Position numbers and translations under genes: made by a program. A stretch of DNA of 64,000 nucleotides from a virus: positions 6,644 to 70,643 of IMG/VR virus record IMGVR_UViG_3300047469_000395; one strand, written 5' to 3'. This document shows positions 62,292 to 64,000 of the stretch, in pieces. The notes under the pieces are model-generated. The model did not search any database, was not told the origin of the DNA, and saw only the letters and a list, made by a program, of their open reading frames with translations. Every line of letters starts with the position of its first letter. Position 1 is the first letter of the stretch.

Positions 62292-62531
62292 TTACTGGCT
62301 GTCGCTGACGGCCGGCGCTGCCTCCAGCATTTCCAGTTGGCCGGGCCTGAATACCTCGGTCTGTGGCTCACCATCCACCGTCCATTCGCAGAGAATCCCG
62401 TTCCGGACTCCCTCCCAATCGTGCTCTTCGCCCAGCGCGGAACACGTTACCCACATGACCTGGCCATCCGGGTCACCCTTTATCCTGACCAAGCTGCCCT
62501 CGGGCGGGCGGTCGTTCAAATCTTCGCTCAT
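62292..62531 (-). CDS. Small hypothetical protein (YodC/DUF2158-like)
   Basis: G.LVR.KG..G..M.V...CEW..DG..Q.E.F....LE. Confidence 0.6.
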   Translation of the reverse strand: MSEDLNDRPPEGSLVRIKGDPDGQVMWVTCSALGEEHDWEGVRNGILCEWTVDGEPQTEVFRPGQLEMLEAAPAVSDSQ

Positions 62532-63229
62532 AGCAATCCCATCTGCGCATCTGGCGCCGGTGTGTCCGGCTCAGCTTTCTTCGCGCGCGGCGGCACCGGG
62601 AATTCCCACGTCCGCATAAGCTCGGCGGGGTAGGGGCGCAAGAAGCTGCGGGCGTACTCCGGATCTGTGCATTCCAGCCAATCGTCCCACTCGGCCTGCG
62701 GCACGATCACCAACGCGCGCTTCTCGTCGCCCGGCTTATGAAAGCGCCGCATCAGCGCATGCTCGTCCGCGTTGATCGTTAGCTGCGTGAAGGAATGCTC
62801 CGGCCCGGCCTCGCCGTCCCATTGGCGCCACAGTCCGGCCACGGCGAACATCGACTGGTCTGCCATGCCGATGCCCCAGCGCACCGGCTTCTCGCTCTCG
62901 TAGTTCGGCTCGTAGAACGCGGTCATCGGCACCAGGCACAGCTGCTGCTGTTTCCATGCGCCGGAAAACGAACGTAGCTGGCCGACCGTCTCGGCACGCG
63001 CGTTCATGGTGTCGAACGGCCTCACACCAGACGGGATGCGCTTGCGCGGCACCATTCCGTAGCTGGCCAGCAGCGCCTCGCGGCCACCATCGGCGCCACG
63101 TCGCACGATCGGCGCGCCATAGTCCTTCCAGGTCTCAGTGCGCCAGAAACCAGTGTCGTGGAGATTGATGATGACGCCCATGACAGCTTCGAGCATCTCA
63201 GGTTCGGGTGGGCGGAAGTTGACACACAT
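62528..63229 (-). CDS. SOS response-associated peptidase (SRAP/HMCES family)
   Basis: N-terminal MC, NARAET, CLVP...FYEP, AGLW, LTINA, FH....KR. Confidence 0.9.
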   Translation of the reverse strand: MCVNFRPPEPEMLEAVMGVIINLHDTGFWRTETWKDYGAPIVRRGADGGREALLASYGMVPRKRIPSGVRPFDTMNARAETVGQLRSFSGAWKQQQLCLVPMTAFYEPNYESEKPVRWGIGMADQSMFAVAGLWRQWDGEAGPEHSFTQLTINADEHALMRRFHKPGDEKRALVIVPQAEWDDWLECTDPEYARSFLRPYPAELMRTWEFPVPPRAKKAEPDTPAPDAQMGLL

Positions 63230-63288
63230 GGCAGACCTTCAAGGCATATTGGCTTTGTAATAATAGCGCTTTTCTCGTCGGCTGATTA

Positions 63289-63308
63289 TACTGTATGCAT
63301 GTACAGTA
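63289..63308. promoter_or_regulatory. LexA (SOS) box
   Basis: TA-CTG-TATGCATGTA-CAG-TA, canonical CTG-N10-CAG between divergent genes. Confidence 0.85.
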
Positions 63309-63325
63309 TTTGAATTCGGGGAAAT

Positions 63326-64000
63326 ATGAAAGCGTGGGTGTCGCGGCGCAGGGACGACGGCGCGGTGTTGGCGGCGCCAGCACCGGTGGTGGAGGGCGCT
63401 TCGCTGCTCGAACTGGTTGTCGTCGAGATTACGGAAGAGGGAAACCGCCGGCCGATCCGGGTAGCCAGGCTGATGCCACTGGGAGAGCAGCGCATCTTGG
63501 CGCAGCTGAAGTTGCCGGCGTTGGTCCAGCTCAAAGGCTGGAAGCTGGTGGTGAGCGGTATCGAAGAATTGCGGGACAAACACGGCCATGTTCGGGGCGT
63601 GGCTCAGACTTGGCTATGCGACTTGCGACCGCCTGAGACCGCAGTTGGCTTCCGCCTAAAGGAAATGTACACCTCTGGCGTTCGCGTGCCGCGTGCTTCG
63701 CTTCACCAGGCGACCTGCGACCGAGGAACGATCGTGGTAACCGGCGGCCACTCCAATGCGTTGCAGCGGCACACCACATGCGCAGAATTGCACCATTACC
63801 AGATATCGACCTTCCCGGCGAAGCGGCTGATCGATTGCCATATCGAGTTCATGTCGGAAAGCAGCTTTGGGCTGGGTGGCCTGTTCGTGCGCGAGGCCTA
63901 TGAGGACCGTCCGCAGCGCATCGAGCGGAGCGGTTGGTTGTGCGAGTTCGACGTCACAGAGCGCGAGCTGACGAAGTCGGAATATCGGATGCTGAGGTAG
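63326..64000 (+). CDS. Hypothetical protein, probably LexA-regulated
   Basis: 224 aa; starts 17 nt after the SOS box; two similar halves ending QTWLCD / SGWLCE. Confidence 0.7.
   Translation: MKAWVSRRRDDGAVLAAPAPVVEGASLLELVVVEITEEGNRRPIRVARLMPLGEQRILAQLKLPALVQLKGWKLVVSGIEELRDKHGHVRGVAQTWLCDLRPPETAVGFRLKEMYTSGVRVPRASLHQATCDRGTIVVTGGHSNALQRHTTCAELHHYQISTFPAKRLIDCHIEFMSESSFGLGGLFVREAYEDRPQRIERSGWLCEFDVTERELTKSEYRMLR

Larger units (their letters stand above)
1..64000. mobile_element. Lambdoid siphovirus-like prophage/temperate phage region (boundaries not defined in window)
   Basis: Ordered modules: recombination, cI/cro switch, replication, Q, terminase, portal, capsid, tail tube, tape measure, lysis. 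No host housekeeping genes except the infA cargo. Confidence 0.95.

Overview
Almost the whole window is one lambdoid, long-tailed (siphovirus-like) temperate phage or prophage. GC-rich codon usage, a proteobacterial LexA box and the gene families suggest a betaproteobacterial host (Burkholderiales/Oxalobacteraceae-like; inference). Left to right: (1) a leftward early/recombination operon (RdgC-FtsK-gamma, NinB, KTSC, YqaJ exonuclease, ERF) starting at a PL/OL region near 8.4 kb; (2) a ~6 kb cargo island (infA, a cold-shock-like ORF with an ATC start, P63C protein, secreted and membrane proteins) punctuated by three decayed copies of one gene; (3) cI / OR / cro; (4) a rightward early operon (ParB-like, C5 methylase, PAPS-reductase/DndC-like, NinG, helicase-methylase, DUF1376 initiator, DnaC-like loader, Q-like antiterminator); (5) a large serine recombinase; (6) a ~2.2 kb late leader with tRNA-Gly(UCC), a Met-Lys minigene and structured RNA candidates; (7) packaging, head, tail and lysis modules; (8) a SRAP gene facing a LexA box. 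No tyrosine integrase is in the window, and the left operon continues past base 1. The most unusual signal is that five counter-oriented genes inside the early operons are each fully spanned by a codon-aligned sense ORF coupled to the flanking genes, apparently a 'bridge ORF' architecture. The major capsid gene also carries a signal-peptide-like leader. All family assignments are by motif recognition from memory; no searches were run.
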